Origin: Malacoraja senta
Lineage: Eukaryota
Length of the DNA: 64,000 nucleotides
Assembly: GCA_038087875.1 (NCBI GenBank)
Contig: JAXLNO010000073.1
Span: 310,001-374,000 of the forward strand
Reading direction: 5' to 3'
Made by a program: the position numbers and the translations under genes
Notes under the pieces: model-generated
What the model was told of the DNA's origin: nothing
Databases searched by the model: none
The model's input: the letters and a program-made list of their open reading frames with translations, nothing else
Shown here: positions 39,016 to 52,135 of the stretch, in pieces
Numbering within the stretch: the stretch's first letter is position 1
Layout of the letters: each line of letters opens with the position of its first letter

Positions 39016-39360
39016 AGTTTAGTTTAGTTTAGTTTAGCTTAGTTTAGCTTGGGTTAGTTTAGATAGACTGCGCGGAAACAGGCGTTTCGGCCCACCGTGT
39101 CCGCACCGACCAGCGATCCCCGCTCACGAGCACTAACCTACACACACGAGGGAAAATGTTGACATTTATACCGACGCCAATTAACCTGTAAACCTGTCCT
39201 TCTTTGGAGTGTGAGAGGAAACCAGAGATCTCGGAGATCACACACGCAGATCAAGGGGAGAACGTACAAACTCCGTATAGACAATGACCCGTAGTCAGGA
39301 TCCATCCCGGTTCTCTGGCGCTCTGCCGCAGCAACTGTACCGGTGCGCCACAATGCCGCC
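39016..39360 (-). mobile_element. HE1-type SINE with (CTAAA)n tail
   Basis: GGCGGCA.TGTGGCGCA head, conserved body and TTTAG repeats on the plus strand. Confidence 0.85.
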
Positions 39361-39759
39361 CTCAATGTGTTATTATTTTATTTAGTTGATTGTGGAATCA
39401 TATAACTCTCTTGCACGGAATGTTAGCAGCTGAGAACATTCTAAACACATCTAAAAAATCCGTGCCTGTTGTCCATTCCATACAGATAACCAATTAGTTC
39501 CTCTCAACTAACATCTCTGGCGTCACTTGTCTTCGTCCTTATTAACTTTTCTTTAAACTTCTGTCACTTTTTTCAATTCAAATGTGCAGCCATAGCCATT
39601 CGCTTAGATCGCACCTATGCCTGGATTTTCGTTTGTTATTTTTCCCCAAATGGTTTATTAAGAATCTGAGGGATCACATCGAAACATAGAAACATAGAAT
39701 AAAGTTGCATCAGTAGGCTATTCGGATCTTCGAGCCAGCACCACCATTCAATATGAACA

Positions 39760-41066
39760 TAGAATCATAGAATCATAGAAAGTAGGTGCGAGAGCAGACC
39801 ACCAGGTCCATCGAGCCCGCACCGCCAGTCGCTCATGGCTGAACACCAAACAAACAAACACCCCCACCCACAAACAGTAGACACAAGACACAGAACACAA
39901 GACACTACCCTCCCCTTTATAGCGCTATCACCCCTCTCCACCCCAAGAACCGAATGATCTCCTGGGGGAGGCAAAAAACCGGATAAAAACCCAGGTCCAA
40001 TTCGGGAAAAAAAATCCGGGAAATTCCTCTCCGACCCCAATCCAGGCGATCGACACTTGTCCAGGAGATCACTCGGGTCTTACTATACTAACCCTACCTA
40101 GGTCCATATCCCTGCCCTCTCCCCGTAGCCCCTTATCCCCATGGCAGCTAAAAAACCATCTATTTTAGACTTAAATATATTTAATGTTTCTGCTTCCACT
40201 GCTCCCTGGGGCAGTGAATTCCATAAATTAACAACCCTCTGGGTGAAGAAGTTCTTCCTCATCTCAGTTTTAAAAGAGCCCCCCCTTATTCTACAACTAT
40301 GTCCCCTAGTTCTAGTTTCCCCGATCATTGGGAACATCCTCGGTGCATCCACCCGATCAAGGCCCCTCACGATCTTATATGTTTCAATGAGATCGCCTCT
40401 CATTCTTCTAAACTCCAAAGAGTAGAGTTCCAGCCTACTTAACCTTTCCTCATATGTCAATCCCCTCATTGCAGGAATTAATCTTGTAAACCTTCGCTGC
40501 ACTGCCTCCAGGGCCAGTACATCCTTTCTTAAGTATGGACCCCAGAACTGTACACAGTATTCCAAATGTGGTCTCGCTAATACTGTGTACAGCTGCAGCA
40601 AGACCTCCGTGTTTTTATACTCAATCCCCCTAGCAATAAAGGCCAAAACTCCATTGGCCTTCCTGATAGCTTGCTGCACCTGCATACTAACTTTTAGTGA
40701 TTCATGTACTACTACCCCTAGATCCCTTTGCGTTGCATTACAGCGCAGCTCCTCCTCATTTAGAAAATAACTTGCCCTATCATTTTTTTTCCCAAAGTGA
40801 ATGACTTCACATTTATTAGTATTAAATTTCATCTGCCAAGTTGTTGCCCACTCACCTAGCTTATTTATATCCTTTTGCAGACTCTTCCTATCCTCCTCAT
40901 CCCCTACTTTTCTTCCCATTTTTGTATCGTCCGCAAATTTTGATATATTACACTTGGTTCCCTCCTCCAAATCATTTATATAAATTGTGAACAACTGGGG
41001 TCCCAGCACCGACCCTTGCGGAACCCCGCTAGTTACCGGTTGCCATCCCGAATATGAACCATTTAT
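39760..41066 (-). mobile_element. 5'-truncated young CR1 LINE with an open RT C-terminal frame and long 3' UTR
   Basis: ORF 40098-41009 has LGPQLF.IYINDL, KFADDTK and RPHLEYCVQFW. (GATTCTAT)n tail. Confidence 0.93.
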
Positions 41067-41699
41067 CTATATTAATACACCCCTTATTTATATAATCCTA
41101 CCTCCTATTGATACACCCCTTATTTATATAATCCTACCTCCTATAAATGGGAAAGTACTCACCCCAGCCGTAAATTACCTACTGGTTTGGCTGTCTAATA
41201 GTAATCCGTCCGCTCTTCCTGTCTGGTCCACTGCTCCCTTGCAGTGCGTGGCAAACCTCTTTGCCTCTGTTAGCCTCACGAGCCGCGGCTCCGTCCTTCC
41301 TCCCTCGGCGACAGCCCGGGCCGCACTCACCGGAAACATGGTTGCTCATCCAAAATAAGTACCCCGTTCCTGCTTTCCCCATATCTCTTGATACCGTTAG
41401 CTCTAAGAGTTAAATCTAACTCTCTCTTGAATATATCCACTGATTCGGCCTCTACTGCCTTCTCTGGGAGAGAACTCCGCAGATGTTTTCACACACAGTA
41501 TGGTGGGTGTATGGAACGAGCTGCCGGAGGAGGTCGTTGAGTCAGGGACTATCGCAACGTCTAAGAATCAATTAGACATGTACATGAATAGGACAGATTT
41601 GGAGGATTATGGGCCAAATGCAGGCAGATGGGACATGTTGGTTGATGCTGGCACGTTGGGCCCTAGGGCCTGTTTCCACGCTGTATTACTATCTGACTT

Positions 41700-42610
41700 G
41701 ATCTCCGAGCATACCCCGGCACCATTACTCTGCTACGTCGACGTTTGTACCGGCACTTTCTCCAGCACCTGCGAAGAACACGTGGATTTCACCAACCTTA
41801 CTGCAAACGTCTACTCGACCCTAAAATCTATTTGGACTATCTCTAACACCGGCGGCTCGAGGGCGCAGCGGGTAGAGTTGCTCCCCTTCAGCGCGTGTAC
41901 GTTCTCTCCGTGACCTGCATGGGTTTTTCTCCGAGAGCTTCGGTTTCCTACCACACTACCAAGACGTTCAGGATTGTAGGTTAATTGGCTTGGGTTTGTA
42001 TACTTGGTATAAGTATACATTGTCCCTGTTGTGTTTAGGCTTGTGTTAATGTGCAGGGATCGCTGGTCGGTGCGGACACGGTGGGCCGAAGGGCCTGTTT
42101 CCGCGCTGTATCTCTAGACTAGACGTAAACTGAACTAAACCTCTCTTCCATTTCTCGATCACTCTGTGTCCAGCAGAGAAGACAGACTATCGACTGACAT
42201 TTACTACATACCCGCTGACCCTCACGTCTCGCTTGACTACATCTCTTCCCACCCTACTCCATCCTATCATCTCAATTTCTCCTTCTCCATCGCGTCAGCT
42301 TCCAAGATGAAGACATCTACTCTGGGAAATCCGAGGAGTCCTCTTTCCTCTTTATGGATGGGTCCCTCAGCCCCTACCCACCTACCACAAACGGCACAAG
42401 GATAGAGTCCCACTGGTTCTGACCATTTGCACCCCTTGTCTACCTGACCAACACATTATTCTCCACAATTCACATCGCCTTCAACGTGATCCCAGCAGGT
42501 GTCAAATTTTCCCGTCGCCACCTCCTTCAGCTTACCCGAGAGACCACTCTCGACCTAACTCCAAACTTCGCTCATCCCTTCGCTCCAAACCGCCGCTTCT
42601 CTTGCAGCCT
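41700..42610 (+). mobile_element. Degenerate Penelope-like RT fragment interrupted by an HE1-type SINE (41851-42140, plus strand)
   Basis: CYVDVC...WTISNT and STDIYY.P.D....LDY.SSHP are Penelope RT-like motifs. Confidence 0.7.
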
Positions 42611-42616
42611 CCTCTT

Positions 42617-42920
42617 GGTTTAGATTAGTTTAGAGATACAAGGCGGAAACAGGCCCTTCGGCCGATCGCAGTCCAGTGATCCCCCTATATTAACACTATC
42701 CTACACACACTTGGTGCAGTGCTTACATTCACCAAGCCAATTCACCTACATACCTGTACGTCGTTGGTGTGTGGGAGGAAACTGAAGAACTCAGAGAAGC
42801 TCCACGCGGTTCCCACGGGGAGAAAGTACACACTCCGTACAGACAGCACTCGTAGTCAGGATCGAACCCGAGTATCTGGCGCTACAAGCACTGTTAGGCA
42901 GCAACTCTACCGCTGCGCCC
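42617..42920 (-). mobile_element. HE1-type SINE
   Basis: GCGCAGCGGTAGAGTTGCTGCC head with GGTTCGATCC B box. Confidence 0.85.
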
Positions 42921-42949
42921 GCTTCGAACACCGTTTGCTGCATATTGTA

Positions 42950-43147
42950 CAGTGCCCTCCATAATGTTTGGGACAAAGACCCATCATTTATTTATTTGGT
43001 TCTGTACTCCACAATTTGGGATTTGTAATAGAAAAAAATCACTTGTGGTTAAAGTGCACATTGTCATATTTTATTCAAGGCCATTTTTATACATTTTGTT
43101 TTCACCATGTAGAAATTACAGCTGTGTTTATACATAGCTCCCCATTT
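42950..43147. mobile_element. Tc1/mariner-like terminal fragment
   Basis: TA|CAGTGCCCTCCATAATGTTTGGGACA is a Tc1-type terminus. The partner end was not found. Confidence 0.6.
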
Positions 43148-43149
43148 TG

Positions 43150-43640
43150 CTTTCCATCCCATCTGACGCCCACCACCCATTTAGCCCTTCTCTAAGTTTT
43201 TCTTTTGTCCCCGCTCTTCCCCCTCCCCTCCCATTCTAATTATATCCCTCCCTTCAGCCTAACATTTCGCCCATTCCCTCCCTTCACCTGATATCCTTTT
43301 GACTCGTTTTCACCATCCGTTATCGCTCGCTACACCTGTCTGCTAATCAAACCTCTCTCCTGTATCCACCTGTCACTTGCCAGGGGTTTGCTCCTCTGCG
43401 TCACTCATTTTGAGCTCCCCTCACTCCATCAGTCTGAAGAATGTGCAGGAAATAACTGCAGATGCTGACTGAAGAAGGGTCTCGACCCGAAACGTCACCC
43501 ATTCCTTCTCTCCAGAGATGCTGCCTGTCCCGCTGAGTTACTCCAGCATTTTGTGTCTATCTTCAGTCTGAATAAGGATCCCGATCCGAAATGTCTTCTG
43601 TCCATTCCGTCCACAGATGCCCGCTTAGTTCCACCAGATA
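43150..43640 (+). mobile_element. Penelope-like 3' terminal repeats with hammerhead-like cores
   Basis: CTGAAGAAGGGTCTCGACCCGAAACGTCACC...AGATGCTGCC...CTGAGTTACTCCAGCA, including a short inverted junction piece. Confidence 0.75.
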
Positions 43641-43691
43641 ACTAATGTGCCCGCCACTGCAGCCCCAGAGTGTCACCGATCCGCGTGCTGC

Positions 43692-44026
43692 AGAAATGCT
43701 GCCTGACCCGCTGAGTTACTCCAGCACTTCGTACCAATCCACGTTCACCAGAGATGCTGCCTGACCCAATGAGTTACTCCACACTTTGTAACTGTCCACG
43801 TTCTCCAGAGATGCTGCCTGACCCGCTGAGTTACTTCAGCACTTCGTTCCTATCCATGTTCACCAGAGATGTTGCCTGGCCTGCTGAGTTACTTCTGCAC
43901 TTTGTACCTATCCACGTTCTCAAGAGATGCTGCCTGACCCGTTGAGTTCCTCCAGCACTATGTTACCTATCCAAGTTCTCCAGAGATTCTGCCTGACCCG
44001 CTGAGTTGCTCCAGCTCTTTGTGTCC
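43692..44026 (+). repeat. Minisatellite of six ~58-bp units derived from the Penelope terminus
   Basis: Unit AGATGCTGCCTGACCCGCTGAGTTACTCCAGCACTT...CCACGTTCTCCAG repeated with substitutions. Confidence 0.9.
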
Positions 44027-44295
44027 TTCTCTTCTTAAAATATATTTTCATTCAGTTCAAGAGCTCTCACCAACCATAATCAATTACCGCGACATCAATT
44101 TTTGGGGCAATAAGAAAACATAACTTTATTAACTGCCAGTTTCCAATCGCATCTTTAAAACGTGCTGTATGTGTTGTTGATATCCCAGAAATGCGATATT
44201 CCGCTGAACATTGGAATATTCCATTCCTACACTTTGATACATTGCCCAGTAGAGTAATCGGTGGGATTTTACGATCAGGAAATTCATATTCAATT

Positions 44296-44585
44296 TTTGT
44301 TTCGTTTCGAGATACAGCGTGGAAACAGGCCCCTCGGCCCACAGAGTTCGCGCCGACCAGCGAACACCCCGTACACGAACACTGTCCAACATACACTAGG
44401 AACAATTTACAATTTTACTGAAGCCAATTAACCTCCAAACCTGTACGTCTTTGGAGGGTGGGAGGAAACCGGAGCACCCGGAGGAAAACCCACGCAGGTC
44501 ACGTGGAGAAAGTAGAAACTCCCGAAGTCAGGATCGGACACAGGTCCTTCGCGCTGTTAGGCATCAACACTACCGCAGCGCCACC
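44296..44585 (-). mobile_element. HE1-type SINE
   Basis: Same head, body and tail as the other copies. Confidence 0.8.
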
Positions 44586-45921
44586 TTGCAATGATGTATC
44601 GTTGTGCAGTTTACTAGTTGCGGATATTCACCTTCGATGTTCGACCTTCATTGGAAAATGGCTACGGAGATGCCATTTCGGATGCATATTCTAAATGATC
44701 TTACGAAGTCGGCGTACCAGTCTTAAGCTACAATGTCATCTCGTCTTTCTATTGATTATTCTTGTCCAAATAGGATTTAAAGAGAACAAGTCGTTAACTA
44801 GACTACTTGCCTACACATTTAACAATCTGCTGCACTGGAGATTTTACCATCGTCTTCAATTCGTTTCTGAATTTGCTTTGGGTCACCACATAAATAAATG
44901 TGTTAGTGCAGCAGCTCAGAAGAAGAAGCATGTAACCTGTTTCTTGGAGGATAAACAACGGGTCATTATATCCAGAGTAATAATACGTCTCGGTAATCCG
45001 AAAGTACAGGTAATTGACCGTGTATGTGAGCCATAGCAATATGAAGTTGCCGGATATACTGAAGAGCAGAATAATGGATTTCCTCCGGTTTTCCATTTCA
45101 GGGTCGGGGGAATTTTCCGCGCGAGCATTATCCCGCAACGCCTTGCGGACTCTGCTGGCCACGACGATGTACCTTACGGTCAGCGCATTCAGCAGCAAAA
45201 TAACAAAGGAGGGCAGGAACGGCGAGATGATGCAGTCGAAGTCTGTAAAAGCTTGCCAGAAGGGTGAGTTGTGAAAATCTGACCTTCCACGGCAGTACCA
45301 GGGCAGGTTGTTGCTGAAATAAAGAGGGTCGTAGACAAAATACCAGGGGATGTTTTTCAAACAGCCCAACTCTGCCACGGTGCCCACAATATTAGCTGCA
45401 ATTATTTTGGTGCAGTATTTGGTTTTCAGGTTCTGACAGCAGATGGCGACAAAACGATCGAAGGTGAAGGCAACGGTCAACCAGACCGACGTGTCTCTGG
45501 ATGCATAGACCATCGGGGTCTTTATCCGACAGACCCAGGTGAGCGACAGGTAACTCCCGGGGAAGTAAATACCCGTGATGCGATGGAGTAGAACGCCGGT
45601 GATGACCACGGTAAGATCGGACGCCGCCATGGCCACGAGGTAATGGGTATGCACCTAGAAAGACCACACTTCCCCCGCGACAGGATCACAATAGCCACGA
45701 TGTTAACTGTGCGGAATGCAGAAGCAAACACAAGTTATTGTTACGGTTGCGTTGGAAGGAACTGCAGATTCTGGGTTAAACCGATGATAGACACAAAATG
45801 CTGGAGCAACTCAGTGGGACAGGCAGAATCTCTGGAGAGAAGGAATTGGTTACATTTCGGGTCGAGGCCCTTCTTCAGTCTCCATCTTCCTCTGAAGAAG
45901 TGTCTCGACCCCACACGCTTT

Positions 45922-48900
45922 ACCCAGAAGGCCGAGACCATTGTCCAGACTGAGAGTCAGGGGAAAGGGAAACGAGAGATATACACGGTGATATCGAGTG
46001 ATAAAGAACAATGAATGAACTGTACGCAAAAAAAGTTACGATAATAAAGTAATCAGGCCATTCATTGTTAGCTGTGATCTAGGTGGAAACGAGTTACAGT
46101 CAATGAGACTCAACAAGACGAAGTTGAAGCTAGTACAACGACTTGGTGGGGGGTGGAGAGAGAGGGGATGCAAGGGTGTTACTTGAGGTAATGCGTGGAA
46201 GTAGTAATGTGTCTTCAAAGTGGTATGAGTCAAACTGCTGCCTGTAGACGCTCTATACAGTCTTTCCCTGTTGCATTACAGCATAATAATCCTAATTCAT
46301 TTCATTATTTTCCTGTGAACAATGTAATTCTTTGACGTTAATACATTTCCATCAATTTATTTATGGTCGATCGAAGAACCCAGTCCTAATGACCCAAACA
46401 GAACGGAGAAACATAAAAGGAGACAAAGGTTGGATACCAGACGATGGAGCAAGCACCCGGACCTCTACCATGCTTACTCGATCACTGTCCTCGGTGTCCT
46501 TAGCTGTCGGTTGCGAAAGATTCGACGTTCCCACAGCCTAAAATATCGTTTGAGACCCAGAATGGCAGTTAAATGTTCTCCACACATTGAGAGAAAATAT
46601 TTAGTTTAGTTTAGATTCTGTTTAGAGATACAGCGCGAAAACATGCCCTTCGGCCCATCGAGTCCACGCTGTGCAGCAGTCACCGCACACAAACACTATC
46701 CTACGGACTGAGGATATTTTACAATTTTACCGAAGCCAATTAGTCTACAAACCTGTACGTCTTTGGAGTGTGGGTGGAATGCGGAGCAGCATCGGAGAAA
46801 TCTCACGCAGGTGACGGGGAGAACGTAAAACTCCGTACAGACAGCACCTGACTTTCAGAAGGCTTTCGACAAGGTACCACATAAGAGATTAGGATACAAA
46901 CTTAAATCACACGGTATTGGGGGTTCAGTATTGATGTGGATAGAGAACTGGCTGGCAAACAGGAAGCAAAGAGTAGGAGTAAACGGGTCCTTTTCACAAT
47001 GGCAGGCAGTGACTAGTGGGGTACCGCAAGGCTCAGTGCTGGGACCCCAGCTATTTACAATTTATATTAATGATCTGGACGAGGGAATTGAAAGCAACAT
47101 CTCCAAGTTTGCGGATGACACTAAGCTGGGGGGCAGTGTTATCTGTGAGGAGGATGCTAGGAGACTGCAAGGTGACTTGGATAGGCTGGGTGAGTGGGCA
47201 AATGTTTGGCAGATGCAGTATAATGTGGATAAATGTGAGGTTATCCACTTTGGTGGCAAAAACGGGAAGGCAGACTATTATCTAAATGGTGGCCGATTAG
47301 GAAATGGGGAGATGCAGCGAGACCTGGGTGTCATGGTACACCAGTCATTGAAAGTAGGCATGCAGGTGCAGCAGGCAGTGAAGAAAGCGAATGGTATGTT
47401 GGCCTTCATAGCAAGAGGATTTGAGTATAGGAGCAGGGAGGTTCTACTGCAGTTGTACAGGGTCTTGGTGAGACCACACCTGGAGTATTGCGTACAGTTT
47501 TGGTCTCCAAATCTGAGGAAGGACATTGTAGCCATAGAGGGAGTGCAGAGAAGGTTCACCAGACTGATTCCTGGGATGTCAGGACTTTCATATGAAGAAA
47601 GACTGGATAGACTTGGCTTATACTCGCTAGAATTTAGGAGATTGAGAGGGGATCTTATAGAAACGTACAAAATTCTTATGGGGTTGGACAGGCTAGATGC
47701 AGGAAGATTGTTCCCGATGTTGGGGAAGTCCAGGACAAGGGGTCACAGCTTAAGGATAAGGGGGAAATCCTTTAGGACCGAGAAGAGGAAAAACTTTTTC
47801 ACACAGAGAGTGGTGAATCTCTGGAACTCTCTGCCACAGAGGGTAGCTGAGGCCAGTTCATTGGCTATATTTAAGAGGGAGTTAGATGTGGCCCTTGTGG
47901 CTAAGGGGATCAGGGGGTATGGAGAGAAGGCAGGTACGGGATACTGAGTTGGATGATCAGCCATGATCATATTGAATGGCGGTGCAGGCTCGAAGGGCCG
48001 AATGGCCTACTCCTGCACCTATTTTCTATGTATCTATGTATCTATGTACACAGTATCGAACCCGGGAGTCTAGCGCTGTAAGGCAGCAACTTTACCGCTG
48101 CGCCACCATGATGCCCTACCTCTATACATCTTCATTGAAAAACACTTACTTTGAAATTATTCCCTCCCCTCAAGTTTCCCTTCAACAGAGAACCCTCCAT
48201 TCAATCCACCCATCCCATGCGAAATCGGAAATAATGTTAAACCCTCTTAGATCTTTAAATGTAAGAAGCACATAAAATGAATATATCATAGATTATGACT
48301 GTCCTCTCATGGAGGACGCCTGTGCGTGACTTTGTTTAACGTGGGAAGACTGGTGCACAGACAGCCACATAGAAACATGGAAACATAGAAAGTAGGTGCA
48401 GGAGGAGGCCATTCGCCCCTTCGAGCCAGCACCTCCATTTATTGTGATCATGGCTGATCGTCCCCAATCAATAACCCGTGCCTGCCTTCTCCCCGTATCC
48501 CTTGATTCCACCCAGAAGGCCGAGACCATTGTCCAGACTGAGAGTCAGGGGAAAGGGAAACGAGAGATATACACGGTGATATCGAGTGATAAAGAACAAT
48601 GAATGAACTGTACGCAAAAAAAGTTACGATAATAAAGTAATCAGGCCATTCATTGTTAGCTGTGATCTAGGTGGAAACGAGTTACAGTCAATGAGACTCA
48701 ACAAGACGAAGTTGAAGCTAGTACAACGACTTGGTGGGGGGGTGGAGAGAGAGGGGATGCAAGGGTGTTACTTGAGGTAATGCGTGGAAGTAGTAATGTG
48801 TCTTCAAAGTGGTATGAGTCAAACTGCTGCCTGTAGACGCTCTATACAGTCTTTCCCTGTTGCATTACAGCATAATAATCCTAATTCATTTCATTATTTT

Positions 48901-49687
48901 CCTGTGAACAATGTAATTCTTTGACGTTAATACATTTCCATCAATTTATTTATGGTCGATCGAAGAACCCAGTCCTAATGACCCAAACAGAACGGAGAAA
49001 CATAAAAGGAGACAAAGGTTGGATACCAGACGATGGAGCAAGCACCCGGACCTCTACCATGCTTACTCGATCACTGTCCTCGGTGTCCTTAGCTGTCGGT
49101 TGCGAAAGATTCGACGTTCCCACAGCCTAAAATATCGTTTGAGACCCAGAATGGCAGTTAAATGTTCTCCACACATTGAGAGAAAATATTTAGTTTAGTT
49201 TAGATTCTGTTTAGAGATACAGCGCGAAAACATGCCCTTCGGCCCATCGAGTCCACGCTGTGCAGCAGTCACCGCACACAAACACTATCCTACGGACTGA
49301 GGATATTTTACAATTTTACCGAAGCCAATTAGTCTACAAACCTGTACGTCTTTGGAGTGTGGGTGGAATGCGGAGCAGCATCGGAGAAATCTCACGCAGG
49401 TGACGGGGAGAACGTAAAACTCCGTACAGACAGCACCTGTACACAGTATCGAACCCGGGAGTCTAGCGCTGTAAGGCAGCAACTTTACCGCTGCGCCACC
49501 ATGATGCCCTACCTCTATACATCTTCATTGAAAAACACTTACTTTGAAATTATTCCCTCCCCTCAAGTTTCCCTTCAACAGAGAACCCTCCATTCAATCC
49601 ACCCATCCCATGCGAAATCGGAAATAATGTTAAACCCTCTTAGATCTTTAAATGTAAGAAGCACATAAAATGAATATATCATAGATT
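45922..49687 (+). repeat. Recent ~1.18-kb tandem duplication in the GPCR-2 intron (copy A 45922-48294 including a CR1 insert; copy B 48510-49687)
   Basis: The copies look near-identical (the ORF track gives identical peptides at 46332 and 48921). Each contains a Penelope tail, unique sequence and an HE1 SINE. Confidence 0.95.
46851..48046 (+). mobile_element. Young 5'-truncated CR1 LINE with uninterrupted RT C-terminal ORF, inserted in the SINE of duplicate A
   Basis: ORF 46931-47947 has GVPQGSVLGP and FADDTK. TATCTATG tail. Copy B shows the empty site CAGCACCTGTACACAG. Confidence 0.95.
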
Positions 49688-50429
49688 CGGTCTTGCGTAA
49701 ACATCCTACCGAATGAACGTGATAATCCTTTCATCGTAAAAAAAAATCTGAGAAGATTTTGCAATTTCCTTAATCCAATATTCACTTGATGAGAAAAAAA
49801 AATCCATAGCATTTCACAGAATATATGCAATAAACTGTCCAGACACTCGTATTATTTAACAAGATAAAGATCAAGATTAAATCAGGTTTATATAACATGG
49901 TTTAATACCTGGGATCCCAAGAGCGGCCAAGATCGCATAATATATTGCATACACTGGGCCACTAGGGGGCTCATGCATCTTAAACTGTATTACAGTTCCT
50001 CTGCCTGGATGTATGATCTGGAAAGCAGTTTAAATATGTATCATAAAATCCCCAGTGATAACAATGGATTGAATGATTAGTGTCGTCAGTTCTACCCGTT
50101 TGCACAATCAAATTGGGAGAGCTAATATTATCACAAGTGCGAGCTGATCAGTTTGTTGGCACGTGATCAATGCAGAATACAACTTTGTTATTTCAAGGGG
50201 TATTCAACCCGAAAATGGAAGATGGAAGATGGCGCCATGACGCGCCTAATGTGAGTCTAAGCCTGGATCCGAACTCAGGACGAACGTGAGGCCGCCACTG
50301 ACCTGGTGGCGAGAGGAGGCTGTGAAAATTCGATGATCCACAGAGCGTTCAATTCCCCTTTACACAGGAAATTAGTGGTGCACAGGAAGAGGCAAGTCAA
50401 GTCTGTACCGATTCTAAATATGACCAACA

Positions 50430-52135
50430 CAACGAGTCATAGAGTCATACGGCGTGGGGAAAAAAGGCCCTTCGATCCAACTTGCCCACGCCGACCAACA
50501 TGTCCCATCAACACTAGTCCCATCTGCCTGTGTTTGGCCCATCTCCTTCCAAACCTGTCCCGTCCATGGACCTGACCAATTGTTTCACGAACGTTGCCAT
50601 AGTCCGTGCCTCAACTACCTCCTCTGGCAGCTCGTGCCATACACCCACCACAATCTCTGTGAAAAGGTTGCTCCTCATATTTCTAAATCGTTCGCCCTTC
50701 ACCTTAAAAATGTGTCCTGTGGTTCTCGATTCCCGCACTTTGGGCAAGAGATTATATCCGTCTACCGGATCTATTCCTCTCATGACATTGTACATTTCTA
50801 TAAGATCACCCCTCGTCCTCCTGCCCTCCAAAGAATAGCGTTCTGCTTCTTTCCCTCGCATCACACACAATAAATCATTTCTTCCAAATATCTATCATGC
50901 TTCATAGAACATGAACTAGTACAGCGCAAGAACAGGCCACTTGGCCCACAATGTCTCTGGCGAACATAATACCAATTTTAACTATTACACTCTACCGGCA
51001 CGTGATGCACATCCGACTGTGCCCTGCCACAGAGGGCAGTGGAGGCCAAATCACTGAATGGATTTAAGAGAGCGTTAGATAGAGCTCTGGGGGCTAGTGG
51101 AGTCAAGGGATATGGGGAGAAGGCAGGCACGGGTTATTGATAGGGGACGATCAGCCATGATCACAATGAATGGCGGTGCTGGCTCGAAGGGCCCAATGGC
51201 CTCCTCCTGCACCTATTTTCTATGTTTCTATGTTTCTATGTTCCCTGCGTATGGATGTGTTTATCTTAAAGACCCTATAATGATGCTTAACGATGCATCT
51301 GCTTTCACCACTACCCCTGGCAGTGCGTTCCAGGCACCCATTCCTCCCTGTGTAACAAACCTTCCCCTCACACATCCTTTAAACTTTCCCCTTCTGACGT
51401 TAAAGCAAAATGTCTTTGACATTTCCACCCTAGGGGAAAATCCGTTCTAACAAGCCACCTTATCTATGCTTTTCTTAATGTCCTATACTTGTATCAGGTT
51501 CATTTTGCAATCTACAATTTCGATATATTATGCACATTTTATACATTAGAGGGATAATGGTGGGGAAAACGGCACTGAAGCTGTCGTGTAATGACCAGCA
51601 AATTGATACGAGAGTTCGATTGCGTGTTAATAATTAACTTCAACGTTATTTGTTAAAATTGAATTGTTTTGCCAGCGAGCCTCGGCCATATCCCGACAGG
51701 TCATAAGGTCAGAGGTGATAGGAGCAGAATTAGGCCAATCGACTCATCAAGTCGACTCCGTTATTTAATCATGATTGATCTATCTCTCCCTCCTAGCCCA
51801 ATTCTCCTACCTTCTCCACATAATCCTTGACACTCATACTAGAATACATCTATCCCTGCCTTGAAAATATCCATTGACTTGTCCTCCACAGCCTTCTGTG
51901 GCAAAGAATTCCACTGATTCACCACACTCTGACTAAAGAAATTCCTCCGCATCTCCTTCCTAAAAGAACGTCCTTCAATTCAGAGGCTGTGACCTCTAGT
52001 CTTAGACTCTCCCACTGGTGGAAACATCCTCTCCACATCCACTCTATCCAAGTCTTTCACTATTTTGTACGTTTCAATGAGGTCCCCCCCTCATTCTTCT
52101 AAACTCCAGCGAGCACAGGCCCGGTGCCGTCAAAC
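50430..52135. mobile_element. Cluster of CR1 3' fragments in both orientations
   Basis: RGDLIE.Y and RT.GH motifs at 50514-50870 (minus). 3' UTR with (TTTCTATG)n at 51020-51240 (plus). Further minus-strand fragments at 51240-51500 and 51700-52135. Confidence 0.8.

Larger units (their letters stand above)
44803..49978 (-). pseudogene. GPR139/GPR142-like GPCR paralogue 2: exon 1 49978-49909, exon 2 45706-44803; single 1-nt frameshift
   Basis: Exon 1 MHEPPSGPVYAIYYAILAALGIP with CAG|GTATT. Acceptor GCATTCCGCACAG| precedes NIVAIVILSRGKCGLSRC. After a -1 shift at ~45648 the frame is open through YLVAMAASDL, FTFDRFVAIC and LLSCCTNTFIY to the stop. The exons sum to 974 nt, one short of a multiple of 3. 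Confidence 0.88.

Noticed and set aside
41150..41345. Minus-strand ATGTTTCCG|GTGAGT with a GC-rich flank, resembling a micro-exon
   Set aside because: The ATG lies in a CR1 3' UTR-like junction and no partner exon is visible.
50215..50330. AAGATGGCG (YY1-like) motif, ATG and GTGAGT donor suggesting a plus-strand first exon
   Set aside because: Short motifs only, with no downstream exon identified. This cannot be supported from the sequence alone.
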